From Octopus sinensis (lineage: Eukaryota): a stretch of 64,000 bases of DNA. The notes under the pieces are model-generated. The model worked only from the letters and a program-made list of their open reading frames with translations. It was not told the DNA's origin and made no database searches. Positions 12,940-26,994 of this stretch are shown here, piece after piece. Where the stretch lies: NCBI RefSeq assembly GCF_006345805.1, contig NC_043004.1, forward strand, positions 89,652,001 through 89,716,000, written 5' to 3'. The position numbers were made by a program, and so were the translations under genes. Within the stretch, counting starts at the first letter, position 1. The number at the start of each line of letters is the position of its first letter.

Positions 12940-14900
12940 AAACACATACTTTGATGGTTAAAGAAAGTGAGGAGCAACCAGATTAACTTGTGCATTAATG
13001 AGTAAAGCATTAGGAAAAATGCTGAATTGGAAAGGACCAGGGCCAGATTTAGTTCAAGTGTACTGGTTAAAGAAATTCAGTGGTTTACATGGGAGGCTGA
13101 GGGAAGAACTTCACGATTGCCTTGATGGAGGAATAATACCAGATTGGATGGCTAGAGGGTGGGCAATACTCATCATGAAAGATAAGAGCAAGAGCAGTAC
13201 AGCTAATAACTATGGACCAATCATTTGCTTACCATTAGTGTGGAAATTATTAACAGGAATGCTTTCAGAAAGCATTTACGAGCACCTTGATGACCAGAGT
13301 TTACTACCAGAAGAACAGAAAGGTTGCAAGAAGGCTAGAGGAACGCAGGATCTATTTTATATATATACACACACACAAAGCAGTTCGAAATTAAATAAAA
13401 GCTAGAAAGAAAAATCTAATAGCATGGATAGATTACAAGAAAGCCTATGACATGATCCCACATTCATGAATAAGTGAATGTTTGAATATATTCAGTATAG
13501 CAGACAACATAAGAGAATTAATTAGCTGCAGCATGAAGAGATGGAAAGTAGATCGCTACTCAGGTGACACACTCTTAGGGAAAGTTAATATCAAAAGAGG
13601 AAATTTCCATGGGGACTCGTTGTCCCCTTTGATACTTGTTCTATGTTTGATAACCTTCAGTTTAGTATTAAGGAAGGCAAAAGTAAGGTATCAGTTCAGA
13701 AATAGTAATGGAAAAATTAACAATTTGGATAATCTTCAGCAAAGATTCAGGCATGGAATTTGGCATAGGTAAGTGTGCAATATTAGTCATGAGGAGGAGA
13801 CAGGTAGTCAACTGCAAAAGCATCCAATTACCAGATGGCCAGACATTAAAATCATTGAAAAGAGGATAGAGTTATCTAGGAGTATTAAAATCTGACAGAG
13901 TACTAACTACAGGAATGAAAACGAAAATTGAGGAGTACATCAGAAGGGTGAGGAAGCTAATGAAATCAAAGCTAAATGGTCTGAATGTAGTGAAGGCTGT
14001 AAATACTTGGGCAGTATCATTACTTAGATACTCAGCAGCTTTTGTAGATTGGACAAAAACTGAATTAGCAAAGCTAGACAGAAAAACTAGGAAGGAATTC
14101 AATATGTATGGAGTACTTTGCCCAAGGGCAGGGGTAGCAAGATTATACCTACATAGAAAGGAAGGTGAAAGAAGGTTAATATCAGTAGAAGACTGTGTGG
14201 AGTCGGCTAGAGTAGATATAGACTCCTATGTAAGTAATGGGGAAGAAAGTTTATTAAAAGCTGCTAGAGTCACAGCAAGACAGAGGGAAACCAAAAACCC
14301 AAATGAACTTAAAATCCAGAAAAAAGAACTGAAATTATCTGACTGCCAGGGGAAGATGTTGCATGGTAGATTCCCAAAGATAGTTGCAGCAAGTAGTAAG
14401 AGTGAGACATGGTTATGGTTGCAGAAATCAAAGCTGAAAAGGGAAACAAAAAGTTTGTTAGTAACTGCACAAAATCAAGCATTAAGGACTAATTGGATAA
14501 AAGCCAAGAGAGAAAAAACCAAATAGATTCCCAATGTAGATTATGAAAAACAAAAGAGGATAGCGTTATTTATATAGTGAGTGAATGTAGCATGCTGGCA
14601 CAGAAAGAATTCAAGAAAAGACATGACAATCTAGGGAGAGTAATCCACTGGGATTTATGTAAAAAACTAGGATTTGAAAATACTGATAAATGGTATGAAC
14701 ATGAACCAGTAAAGTACTAGAAAGTAAGAAATGCAAGATATTGTGGGACTGACGGAGTAATAGAAGCTGGAAGATCTGATTTGGTAGTAGTAGATAAAGA
14801 GAATAGAAAGTGCCAGAAAATTGACTTTACACTCCCAAATGATGAATAAATATTAATACGAGAGGTATAGAAAAGGTCTATATTGCAAAGACAAAAGCAC
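12940..14900 (+). mobile_element. R4/Dong-clade (RLE-type) LINE, decayed RT plus C-terminus
   Basis: ORFs KGPGPD...NYGPIICLPLVWKLLT...EQKGC, IKRGNFHGDSLSPL and ETKSLLVTAQNQALRTN; frameshifted. Confidence 0.85.
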
Positions 14901-15857
14901 ATGAAAATTTAGCTAGCAGATGGGAACAGAAACCTCTCCACGGCAAGTATGTGGCCCGTAGCAAACAAGCTGATGTCGACCAGAAACACACGCACCAATG
15001 GTTACGAAGCTCAGGGCTAAAAGCAGAGAGTGAAGGTTTCATATTAGCTGCTCAAGACCAAAGCTTATTAACCCGGAACTACCAAGCCAATGTGATAAAA
15101 AATGGAGCTGACCCAAAATGCCGATTCTGTAACGTTGAGATTGAAACAATAGACCACCTAATCTCAGGGTGTAGAGTTTTAGCAACTGTAGAATATAAAG
15201 CAAGACATGACAGAGTCGGCCAGTATTTACACTGGACAATATGTCAGCATTATAAAATCAAAACTGCCGACAAATGGTATAAACACCATCCTGAAGCTGT
15301 GACTGAGGGAGAAAATGTGTCGATTCTATGGGACTTCCCTGTACAGACCGACAAGACTATAAAAGCTAATAAACCTGATATTATTATAAAAGATCAGACA
15401 AAAAAGATGTGTTTATTAATTGACATGAATATCCCTTGCGATCACAATATAGCGGCGAAAGAATTTGACAAGATTAGTAAATATAAAGACCTGCTAATGG
15501 AAATTGAAAAAATGTGGCATCTCAAGGCGACTACAGTACCAGTGATTGTAGGATCTCTAGGAATAATAAAAAAAGGTACTGAAACCTATTTGAAAATGAT
15601 TCCAGGCTTACCATCCCTACAGGAAGTGCAAAAAATCGTATTAACTGGAACGGTTCATGTACTGAGAAGAGCATTATCGCTGTGAAAACAACATTCATCC
15701 ATGAATTTATTTATTTATTTATCAATTTTTAAATACATATATTATCTGTGAATTTGCGTGTGTAATCTGGGAATGCATACAATAAGCTTCTCTGCCCTAG
15801 GTGTATGGAAAACACTCGGTGAGAAACGGAAGAAAATTTGAAGAAAGAAGGAAGAAA
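14900..15857 (+). mobile_element. 5'-truncated younger R4/Dong-like LINE with intact 244-aa C-terminal ORF (14951-15685), 3'UTR and (TAA)n tail
   Basis: CCHC knuckle CRFC...ETIDHLISGC, RHD motif and restriction-like endonuclease motif KPDIII...LLIDM..P; (TAA)n at 15858-15921. Confidence 0.88.
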
Positions 15858-15921
15858 CATAATAATAATAATAATATAATAATAATAATAATAATAATAA
15901 TATAATAATAATAATAATAAT

Positions 15922-16110
15922 CCTTTCTACTAAAGGAACAAGCTCTGAAATTTTGGTGGGAGAGGCAAGTCGATTACATCGACATCAGTACTCAGCAGGT
16001 ACTGATTTTCTTGACCGCGAAAGGATGAAAGGCAAGTCGACCTCGGCGGAATTTGAACTCAGAATGTAGCAACGGGCGAAATATCGCTAAGCATTTCACC
16101 CGGCGTATTC
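15922..16110 (-). mobile_element. SINE family C
   Basis: Core ggatgaaaggcaagtcgacctcggcggaatttgaactcag; abuts (TAA)n. Confidence 0.8.
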
Positions 16111-16149
16111 ATAGTAATAGTAATAATTATAACAATAGTAATAATAATA

Positions 16150-19100
16150 AGAAACAGTACACCAAATCGCTTGTCCTAGGTCAATCTGTGTTTCCCTCAG
16201 GGGAGAGCCAACCTGGAGTCGAAAAGTTATCCACTGGCACAAACTCTTTACCGAGTACGAACTTGAATGGTCACTTGAATGGGAACTGCTCCAACTCGAG
16301 CCCTCAAAGTTTACCACCGCAGCCAGCACAAAAAAAGTTCAAATGGACCCGGGAAGAGTATAAAGAAGTAATATACGTTCATTACTATGCATTAGGTAGG
16401 CCATCTCAAGAGAAACACATCAGAAACTTTTGGAGAAAAATGAATTAAAGATAGCAGATCGTATTTGGATGAAAATAAGTGAGCAAATGTTAGGAGGGAT
16501 ATCTTCAGATATAACACACATAAAGCTAGTGAAATAATCGCGATCAAGCACGTATCGGAAAATGACCTAAATATAAGGCAGGAAGAAAACGAAGAATCAG
16601 ATGAAGAGAGTAGCTCGCTATGAGTCTTAATTGAAAAATTGTCATATGATCAAATCACGCAAAGGCCTGAAGAAATAAGGAATTCTAATGAACTTGATAA
16701 AGATAGCAAAGCGGTAAAGAAACAGTATTTGAAGACCACACATTTGTTGAAGATCACAGAGAGCCTATGATGGAAATGAATCAGGAAATTCTAAATGAGC
16801 TTGAAGTTTTAAGACATACAAGTATGACTGATAGAGAACCACTTCATAAACGCCAGAAAACAAATAATAATAATAATAAAATTAAATTAGAAAATATGTA
16901 ACAAAAGAAATCATACAAGAATTAAAACTTAATCTTACTATGATAAATGAAATTATTTCTGCATCTGCTAAGACAATTGAAATCAGTTGTATGCCTTTGT
17001 AAAAACAAAGAACACCAAACCGGGGAAGTAAAATTGATAAAGAAATTGAATTAATGAGAAGGGAAATATCAATATCAAATGAATTAATTTGTGGAAATGA
17101 TCTAAGATCCAAAAAGAGGAAGAATGATGAGAAAATTTAGATTTTCATCAAGATAAGAACTGATATGAACAAAAGAAACATTAAAACAAAAGGTCCAAGC
17201 AAAAGCTCAAAGATATGATAAAAGAAACAATTTTTACAAGCAAAATAAACTGCTCACATCCAATGCTAAAACATTCTACAGAGAAATAAGGAAGGAGAAA
17301 ATAACCATTGAAGACCACCATCCATCCCATAGAAGAAGCTGAAAACTCTTTGAAAAAAGATTTGGAACGATGAGAAGACATACAATGAAATTGCAGATTG
17401 AATTAGACGCGCAGAAGTATCTTAACAAACTTCAAGAACTAATAGAAAACATCTCAATTGTAGACCTAAGATGACACTCACGAAGGTTCATAAGTAGAAA
17501 TCCTCCGATAAAGATAGGGTGTCAAACCTCTGGCTCGCATCTTTCCCGTGCGCTCACGAATAGTTAGTTCAGCTGTTCAATGAAATTATGAGAGATCCTA
17601 AGAAAACACTCGACTGGTTAGCAAGTAGTATTACTTACCTACTTCCAAAGAATAATGAAATACTATCAAAAATACTATCGGCCAATAACTTGTTTATCTA
17701 CCGCTTTTAGAATTTTAACATCAATTCTCGTGCAGAAATCATATGCATTTATGGAAAAGAACAATATTATCGTCACTGAACATAAAATGTGCGATGAGGC
17801 CCACATGGATGCAAAGATCAACTCCTAATTAATCGTATAATCATTGAGAACTCATAACAAACGTAGAAATCTCAGTTCTGCATAGAATGATTATAAAATG
17901 CCGCATTCATGGAGCTTGAAATCGCTGGACATCTTCAAAATTTCTCCTGTAATTTCAAACTTCCTGAAGCATAATATATCGTTGTGGAATTCGAATCTCC
18001 AATTATATCACTCTAATGGAGTACTAGCTTCAAACAATATTAGCATCAGCTGTGGAATTTTCCGAGGAGACTCACTTTTACCTCTAATTTTTTACTTAGC
18101 TCTAATACCACTTACAAGTTTACTTAACAGAAGAGGATATAGATATAACATTGACAAGAAAATAAACCATCTATTTTATATGGATGACTTAAAACTCTAT
18201 TGCAAAGACAATGATGAGCTTGAAGGCCTATTATGAATTGTGAAAGCATTTACTGATGATTTCAAGATGGAGTTTGGTCGTGATAAGTGTGCCAAGGTCA
18301 CTTTCAAGAAAGGGAAATTGAAGTCCACAAATTCAGTCATGTTAGATATCGACTCAGTTATAAAAGAACTTGAGCAGGAATAAATTTATAAATACCTAGG
18401 AATAAACGAAGGCTCTGGCATTCAGCATGCAAGCATGAAAAAGAAGATCAGGAAGGGATGATATAGAAGAGTTCGAGCAGTTCTGAAATCTGACCTAAAT
18501 GAACATAAGGTGTTAGCCATAAATGTGTTAGGCGCAGGAGTGGCTGTGTGGTAAGTAGCTTGCTAACCAACCACATGGTTCCGGGTTCAGTCCCACTGCG
18601 TGGCACCTTGGGCAAGAGTCTTCTGCTATAGCCCCGGGCCGACCAATGCCTTGTGAGTGGATTAGGTAGACGGAAACTGAAAGAAGCCCGTCGTATATAT
18701 GTATATATATGTGTGTGTGTACGTGTATGTTTGTGTGTCTGTGTTTGTCCCCCTAGCATTGCTTGACAACCGATGCTGGTGTGTTTAGGTCCCCGTTACT
18801 TAGCGGTTTGGCAAAAGAGACCGATAGAATAAGTACTGGGCTTACAAAAGAATAAGTCCCGGGGTCGAGTTGCTCGATTAAAGGCGGTGCTCCAGCATGG
18901 CCGCAGTCAAATGACTGAAACAAGTAAAAGAGTAAAGAGTAAAAGAGAGTAGTTCCAGTTGTCACTTATAGCTTGAATATGTTGAACTGAAATATCAGTG
19001 AAATAAAGAAAATTGACTAAAAATATACGCAAGCTGCTGACGTAAGATGCACTCAAAGGGTGGTATGGATCGTCTTTACCTTTTCAGAGCCCAAGGAAGT

Positions 19101-19680
19101 CGAGGCTGAATTCAGTTTGAACTTTCTTACAACATCAGCACATCTGGACTGGCCAAATATCTTAAAACAATTAACGACTGGATGCTAAAAACATGTTGAA
19201 AATCACGAGAGGCGTAAGAAACTTCACTCTGTCATAAAGGCAAGCAAAAAATTTGCTATTGATTTTATACATGATATCTAGGCTGAACAGCCTGAGGGAA
19301 GTGGGGCAACTGTTGTTGCAAAGAAGGTGAAATCAATGGCAAAGAAAAAAGCGCGTGAACAATTGGCTGGTAGGTGGGAGTAGAAACCTCTGCAAGGCAA
19401 ATATGTGGCCCGTAGCAAACAAGATATTGCCCAGAAGCGCACTAATCAGTGGCTACGAAGCACAGAACTAAAGACAGAGGGAAGGCTTCATCTTAGCTGC
19501 TCAAGATCAAAGCTTATTGACTCGGAACTATCAAGCCAATATAAAGAAGAATGGGACAGATCCAAAGTCCTAATTCTGCGATGATGAGATTGAAACGGCG
19601 GACCATTTAATCTCTGGAAATAAAGTTTTAGCATCAGTAGAGTATAAATTAAAACACGACAGAGTTGGGCATATTATTTT
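16150..19680 (+). mobile_element. Near full-length decayed R4/Dong-like LINE interrupted by a SINE
   Basis: N-terminal KFKWTREEYKEV, RT IFRGDSLLPL and NHLFYMDDLKLY; 19380-19680 is homologous to 14925-15230. Confidence 0.82.
18531..18950 (+). mobile_element. SINE family A nested in the Dong-like LINE
   Basis: Full head-microsatellite-tail; LINE reading continues on both sides. Confidence 0.85.
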
Positions 19681-20878
19681 TAAGTATTCTATGAGCACTG
19701 TCTGTGTTTTCGTGATTTGCTTTTTCTTTTTGTTTTAAAACCTAGCACTTATTCAATCGACCACTTTATGCCAGACCATCAATTATATATATATATATAT
19801 ATGCACACGCGCGCGCGCGCACGCACGCACACACACACACACACACACACATACACACACACACATACACACACAAACACACACACACACACACATATAT
19901 ATGCATGTATGTATGTATATATAAATCCCCAAAATGGAACAAGAACGCAACAAACGACAATAAAACATACCTAACGGAAAAACAAGGACGGGCTATTCGC
20001 AGTCTCTTCTCATCAGTCAAGCTACCAAATTATCCTTACAGTTCCAGGCAGTTACACTTGAGATTGTTCAACTCTGGCTACTCCCCAAAATCTAAGCTAA
20101 GAGCATTAAACCTTTTCAGAGAAAGTAAGTGGATATGTACAACGAAGACAAAAAAACGGAGAGCATGTTTCACAATTACAAATACAAACAATACGAAAAT
20201 AACAACAGGTGTCTTTCGACTAATAAAGACGAATCAAGTTAAGCTGGGGTGTGTAGAGTGAAAGCCTTGAAGTAATGTGTGTGTGTGTGTGTGTGTAGGT
20301 TTGTCTGATGAAAAGTGTTGCTAGAAACCATGTAGGACTAAAAAAAAGACGTTTCAAAAGGACAGATGAACCTAGTGTAGATGCAACGACTATCTAGCAA
20401 AAGCACGGGTCCTCATAAATTCCGAGTTGGTGTCCAGCGCGCTGAAGGTCACTGGGTGTAAGGCACCCCTTCAACGTTTGTTAAAGCATATCTCCAGGTG
20501 AAGGTGAAAACCAGACATGCAGGGAATGTTATCGAACATTTTGGGGAACTATTGCTTGCGCTTGAGATCATGGCGCTCCCACATACCTGAGCCTGCGACT
20601 CATATTGACACTGGATATCTGGTCTTGGTTTATCTCTGTCAGTAGGCTGGAGAGGGTCTGTGAAATGCTGTGCAAAACCTTATTGGACCTAAAATTTTAT
20701 GTTGCGCAATTGCCGGCGAGGAGGTTGAGTATGAGGGCGCCATGGCGAGTATGGAAGTGGCTGGCGCGAACCATGATGAAGAGCCAGCTGCAGGTGCAGT
20801 AACCTCATGCCCTGGGATTGGTGGTGTTTTGCATGGGCAATGGTCAATGATGGCCTTCCTCGGTCACGACTGGACAGT

Positions 20879-20938
20879 CATCAATCACCATCATCACCAT
20901 CATCATCATCATCATCATCAATCACCATCATCAATCAC

Positions 20939-20988
<50 letters not shown>

Positions 20989-21006
20989 ATCACCATCATC
21001 AATCAC

Positions 21007-21058
<52 letters not shown>

Positions 21059-21088
21059 GTCATCGTCGTCGTCGTCGTCGTTGTCGTC
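20879..21088. repeat. Compound (CAT)n/(CGT)n microsatellite
   Basis: Direct observation; explains the poly-H/I/S ORFs. Confidence 0.95.
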
Positions 21089-21733
21089 TATTCCATTTTT
21101 TTCCTTTTTGTCGAAGGTTTAAGCTCGAAACGTCAAAGACTTTTCCATTTTTCCCAAGCTGTCCATTCTTCCTCACCTATTTTTGTCTTTTTTTTCCTGT
21201 AAACTTGAACAATAGACACACACACACACACACACACATTGTCGCTAACCCGGTTACTGCTGTATTTGTTCTGAAATAACATCTCTTATGAACTTCCTAT
21301 GTTAAAAAAAAAACAATAAATATCAAAGGAAGGCGGCGAAAATTGCGCCAACAGCCGTCAGCGAGATCACCAGATGCATTTTGGCGTTTTGGGACCTTTT
21401 CAATGGCGTGTACAGTCAGTCATACGCTCAGATAAAAGAATTCATTTTTGATTTAGGTAAAAGTGAATAAAACGTTCACTAATGTTGCGAACAGCTACCC
21501 GGTTGATTAAAAAATCTTGTATATGCAGTTGAGGAGCACTTACTGCATTTTGCATAGAATATGTGTGTATATGTTTGTCTGTATACATACTTGTATACGC
21601 ATACATATATGTATGCACGTGTGTATGTATGCATACATATATATGAATACGCACGCACACACACAAACACACACACGCACATACACACACACACACACAC
21701 AAATAGTGCGACGAAACTTCTGACGCCAAGAAT

Positions 21734-21950
21734 ACGCTATTTTGTTGTGTCTGGGGAGAGTCATTCTCTTTTAGTACCTTTTTATTTAACACACTCACCG
21801 GTCGGTCAAGACTATTGAAAAGGTTGCAAGATGCAACGAAAATTTTAGGAAAATAAAAAGACGAAATAAGTGGAAATTTTATAGATGAGTGTGTTAAATA
21901 ATAAGGTGCTAAAAGAGAATGACTCTCCCCAGACACAACAGAATATGCGT
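21734..21950. mobile_element. MITE/fold-back with ~64-bp terminal inverted repeats
   Basis: acgctattttgttgtgtctggggagagtcattctc...acactca is the reverse complement of tgagtgtg...gagaatgactctccccagacacaacagaatatgcgt. Confidence 0.8.
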
Positions 21951-24076
21951 CAACACACGAACTAATATAAAGAACCTTGCAAACCAAATCCAAAAACGAA
22001 ATACGCTATTGTTTTCTGTAAATTTGAAATTATACCCTTGGTTTCAACACACGGACTCAGACATTATACGCTTTGCCATGAATATGATTAATCATATTCA
22101 TGGCAAATGAACTTTGATCAGAGCGTAGCCTGACAGTATAGGATTCATTGTGGCAAGTCTCTAGCAAGTATATGGCATGTATTATACTAGTAATACATTT
22201 GTTAAATAACAGTTGCAGTTTATTTCTTTTAAAATGCTGAAAATTTTTTACGACACCAATACACTACTATGTATTTCAACTTCTGCAAATTATTAAACGT
22301 AAAAATATTAGCCATTTCTATATTTAGTATTTCTTTCCTTATATAACTAAACGTACGATTGCACACATTACATATCTACACCAATACACATAAGCTTTAT
22401 GTGTGTGTGTTTGCGTACGCGTGCGTGTGCGTGTGCGTGCGTGCATGTGTGTGTGTGCGCGCATGCGTGCACGCGCGTGTGCAGATACACAATTTATATG
22501 TGATTTTACATTATTTCTCGCAATTTGTGATTATTTGCTTTTTTTTTCTATTTTTAATTGAGAAATTACACAAAATTATTGAATATATTTTTTAATTCCT
22601 TGCGACAAATATTCACGAGTTTTGCTGAAAGCATCTTCTATGATCAGCTGTGATTTGATACTGATTCTCGGAATTCGTACAAGATCAAAGAGCACTAGCA
22701 TTCGCTAATTGAACAATCTTTTACATGGCTTCTTCATCAGAAAGGACGAAAAACAGAGAAACCCGTGTAATAATTTCTTTTCATTTATCTAATTTTCTCT
22801 CATACTTCTGTAGATTGTAATTGCTGGCGTCTATATCGATCGGGGAAAATGGAAGAAAATTGGGAAAACATAAGTGAAGAGACAACTTTTCTAATGGATA
22901 AGTTTTTGAGATTCTAGACTAAGTTTTAAGATAAGGAAAGGAATATTTTTCCTCGAAGCTATGAGGGCATTAATCGGAAATTCTAGGAGTTGAAACTAGA
23001 CTGTCAATTTGCGGAAACTAATTTTCTTGTGTGAGTGTGAGTGCATGTATGTGTGAGTGTCTCTGTATGTGTGTACGTGCGTGTACATGCGTAAGTCTTT
23101 GATTGTTGTAAATGCAAATAATAGAAAGCAGTTTTAGTAAGGTAGTTATTGCGCATTATAATTTTCATGTTTAACACAGATTCTGGTCTAGATTTGCCAT
23201 TTCTATCTCTCTCTTTTTACTCTTTTACTCTTTTACTTGTTTCAGTAATTTGACTGCGGCCATGCTGGAGCACCGCCTTTAATCGAGCAACTCGACCCCG
23301 GGACTTATTCTTTTGTAAGCCCAGTACTTATTCTATCGGTCTCTTTTGCCGAACCGCTAAGTAACGGTTCATTGTATCTGCATAATATTTAAGAGCATGT
23401 AGTATAGCACTTGATAAATTTTGGCATAAACTGAATTCCTTTGACAAGGTACAAGTTTAATTCTTATTGGAGAAACCGTTGCTTAAATGATTCGACTGGT
23501 GTCTATCTTATTGAACCCGAAGAAATAAAACAACCAGAAGATACCTGAAAGTCCGGAGTTCTATTGCTTTTACCAAATACAGTTTAAATTTCACGCTATT
23601 ATTATCGTACTCTTGAATGATATCAAAAGCCATGTGAATAAAAATTCGAGAAAACTAAAAAATAATTTCTATATGAGTAAGATTTTCACACTTAAAGAAA
23701 AATATATTGTTTAGTTTACTGTGTCTATCATGATTTATTCATACCATTTTCAGTATCTATGTTTTTTTAATGTAACTACCATTTTACATATAATAAAACA
23801 CAATGTGTCTCACATCGGTCACGCTGGTAGAGGGAAACAAAATCAACAAATGGAGTGGGAGTGAGTGACAGCCAGAGACGTTAAATTCAGACGAACTGTA
23901 GTGAGAGGTCTTACTTCACAGAAGCTGGTAATTTAATCAAAACGCAAATTTTTATCGTAAATTATACTTATTTCATTAGTTTCACACACATACACACACA
24001 CACAAAATTAAATATTAAACTGTTTTGCTTTCAAAATATTGTTATTCGCGAAACGTTTATGAATTATATATATATA

Positions 24077-24462
24077 TACTAGCATTATTGCCCGGCGTTG
24101 CTCGGGTTTGTAAGGGAAATAACTATATAAGCATTTTTAGAGATGTAAAGTATAATAGCCATCTCAATATGGCTAACCACAAGGGGGGGGGTGTTACTGT
24201 AGCTTTTTACGTTCTGAGATTTAATAATAAATTTTTAGAGAGTTTCTTCCCTTATATATGCCAAAAATGCATTAAAAATGTGAAAATTTTTTTTTTTAAT
24301 CGTTGACTCATCGTAGACGCGCGCTAATACCCAGAAGGGCTCGATATGAATCACGACTATAAGATACCCGGTTTTGGTTAAACTGCACCGCAAAATGTGG
24401 GAGTAGTTAGGAATCTAAATCGTAGGAGACAGACACACAACCTCTCTTTTATATATAAAGAT
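24077..24462 (+). mobile_element. Non-autonomous Helitron/Helentron-like element inserted in (TA)n
   Basis: 5' tactagc...gcccggcgttgctcggg stem-loop and 3' cttttatatataaagat end; no TSD visible. Confidence 0.55.
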
Positions 24463-24714
24463 ATATATATTCAAGATGGCGACCTGCTGTTGCGACTTCA
24501 TCCTGAAAAATTTTAACAAAATCTCTAAGAAACTGACAATATTTCACAATGACCAATCCTGAATCGACTCTGAGGAAGTGTTATATATTACAAAATCAAT
24601 ATAGATGGAATCTCCGTCAAATAAAGAGTTTAAAGTAACTATGTTTATGTACAGAAAGAAACATTGGAGTCTGTTGAGATTTTGATAAAGAACAATTTAT
24701 TTTTGATAAACAAC

Positions 24715-25090
24715 AGGCATAGGAGTGGCTGTGTGGTAAGTAGCTTGCTTACCAACCACATGGTTCTAGGTTCAGTTCCACTGCGTGGCACCTTGGGAAA
24801 GTGTTTTCTACTATAGCCTCGGGCCGACCAAAGCCTTGTGAGTGGATTTGGTAGACGGAAACTGAAAGAAGCCCGTCGTGTATGTGTTTGTGTATTTGTG
24901 TTTGTTCCCCCAACATTGCTTGACAACCAATGCTGGTATGTTTAGGTCCCCGTAACTTAGCGGTTCGGCAAAAGAGACCGATAGAATAAGTACTAGGCTT
25001 CCAAACAATAAGTGCTGGGGTCGATTTGCTCGACTAAAGGCGGTGCTCCAGCATGGCCACAGTCACATGACTGAAACAAGTAAAAGAGTA
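24715..25090 (+). mobile_element. SINE family A
   Basis: Homology to 284-680. Confidence 0.85.
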
Positions 25091-25949
25091 ACACAAGGAA
25101 TGATAGCTGTCGTTATTACAAACGACAAAACGTCGAGAGGGTTTTTGTTCTTGGTGTAGTTGTAGCAGCAGATAAAATATGGTTTGTTGCTTGCCGGCTG
25201 ATTTCTTATGTCGTTCGTCCGCTGGCTGTTCATTGCCTTTGTGTTGTCAGCTGCTGTCCTCCATCTCTGTTTGTCAACTTTACAATGTTTGTCAATGCTC
25301 TCTCTGCTGTATCTCAAAGCACTCTGTCTAGTGAATTTATACTGGATTTATACTGAATTTATACTGGTCGATAGGCTCAAAATGAAGCGCGTCGAAAGAA
25401 AATATCATTACTGGAGCCTATTCGTCGAGAAATCGTGATTTGTCTAATTTTGTTGATCACGTGGGCAATATTCTAGCGAATCGTCGTGATAACGGGCAAT
25501 TCGCTGAATATTCCTGCGACACTTATCATCTTGGACCAACAACGTGGTTCTGAACGTCTGAGAAAAAAAAAACAACAAAAACAAAAAAACTTTCAAAACA
25601 AAAATTAAGTTTCCAGCTTACATGGTATAATATTTCATTTTCTTAGAATAATACAAGAACAAACGTATGTATGCAATTTTTGTTTATTTAATCACTGAAA
25701 GTTATCAAAAGTCGAAGCCTTGAGGTAAAATTGTTTCCGTGTTTCAAAGCGGCTACATTTATCGGACTTTCACATACCGATAAATGTATAGTAAGTTTTT
25801 TTCTTCTCATCTAGCTTTTCCCTTCATTGAAAAACAAACGTGCATCACGTATGTATTTTTGCAGTTTTTGAGGCAACGTATATATATATAGATTCTCATG
25901 TTCATAGATTTTCAGGCGAAAGTAATCATTAAAAAGTAAACATCACGTA

Positions 25950-26347
25950 TACTCTTTTACTCTTTTACTTGTTTCAGTCATTTGACTGCGGCCATGCTGG
26001 AGCACCGCCTTTAGTCGAGCAAATCGACCCCGGGACTTATTCTTTGTAAGCCCAGTACTTATTCTATCGGTCGCTTTTGCCGAACCGCTAAGTGACGGGG
26101 ATGTAAACACACCAGCATCGGTTGTCAAGTAATGCTAGGGGGACAAACACAGACACAAAAATATATATATTTATACATATGTACGACAGGCTTCTTTCAG
26201 TTTCCGTCTACCAAATCCACTCACAAGGCATTAGTCGGCCCGGGGCTATAGCAGAAGACACTTGCCCAAGATGCCACGCAGTGGGACTGAATCCAGAACC
26301 ATGTGGTTGGTAGGCAAGCTACTTACCACACAGCCACTCCTGCGCCT
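25950..26347 (-). mobile_element. SINE family A
   Basis: Homology to 284-680, reverse orientation. Confidence 0.85.
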
Positions 26348-26530
26348 GTATATATATCTTCTCGTATAATTATTTGCAAAACTAAACACAAATAGGCCCT
26401 CGTCTTTATATATTTGCAAAATTCAGACAAAATAATAGTTAATTAATCAACTACATATGTCTTTTACAACAATCAAGCGAGACGATATTTAATTGCACAC
26501 GCTTCTCTTTCTTTTCATCGAGCTGAAAAG

Positions 26531-26783
<253 letters not shown>

Positions 26784-26994
26784 AGTGAATTTCCATGTAT
26801 ATCAATTTATCTGTCTGTTTCTTTTTGCCTTTCTTTCCTCTTCGCTCTCTGTCTCTTTTACCCTCTCTCACGCTTATTGTCCCTTTATCTTCCTTTCTGT
26901 TACCCTAAAAAGATCCCCTTTTATATATCTCTCTTTATCTATAATTGCATTGAGATTGATTCATATGTTTCACCATTTCCGTATATATAGTGTA

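Noticed and set aside
19985-20022. Minus-strand CTGATGA-GAAGAGACTGC-GAAT motif
   Set aside because: It could be a decayed hammerhead, but A15.1, helix I and helix III all fail, so it is too degraded to support.
22813-22920. Strong-looking plus-strand acceptor followed by short ORFs (IVIAGVYIDRGKW / MEENWENISEE)
   Set aside because: No convincing donor, no homology I recognise and no partner exon.
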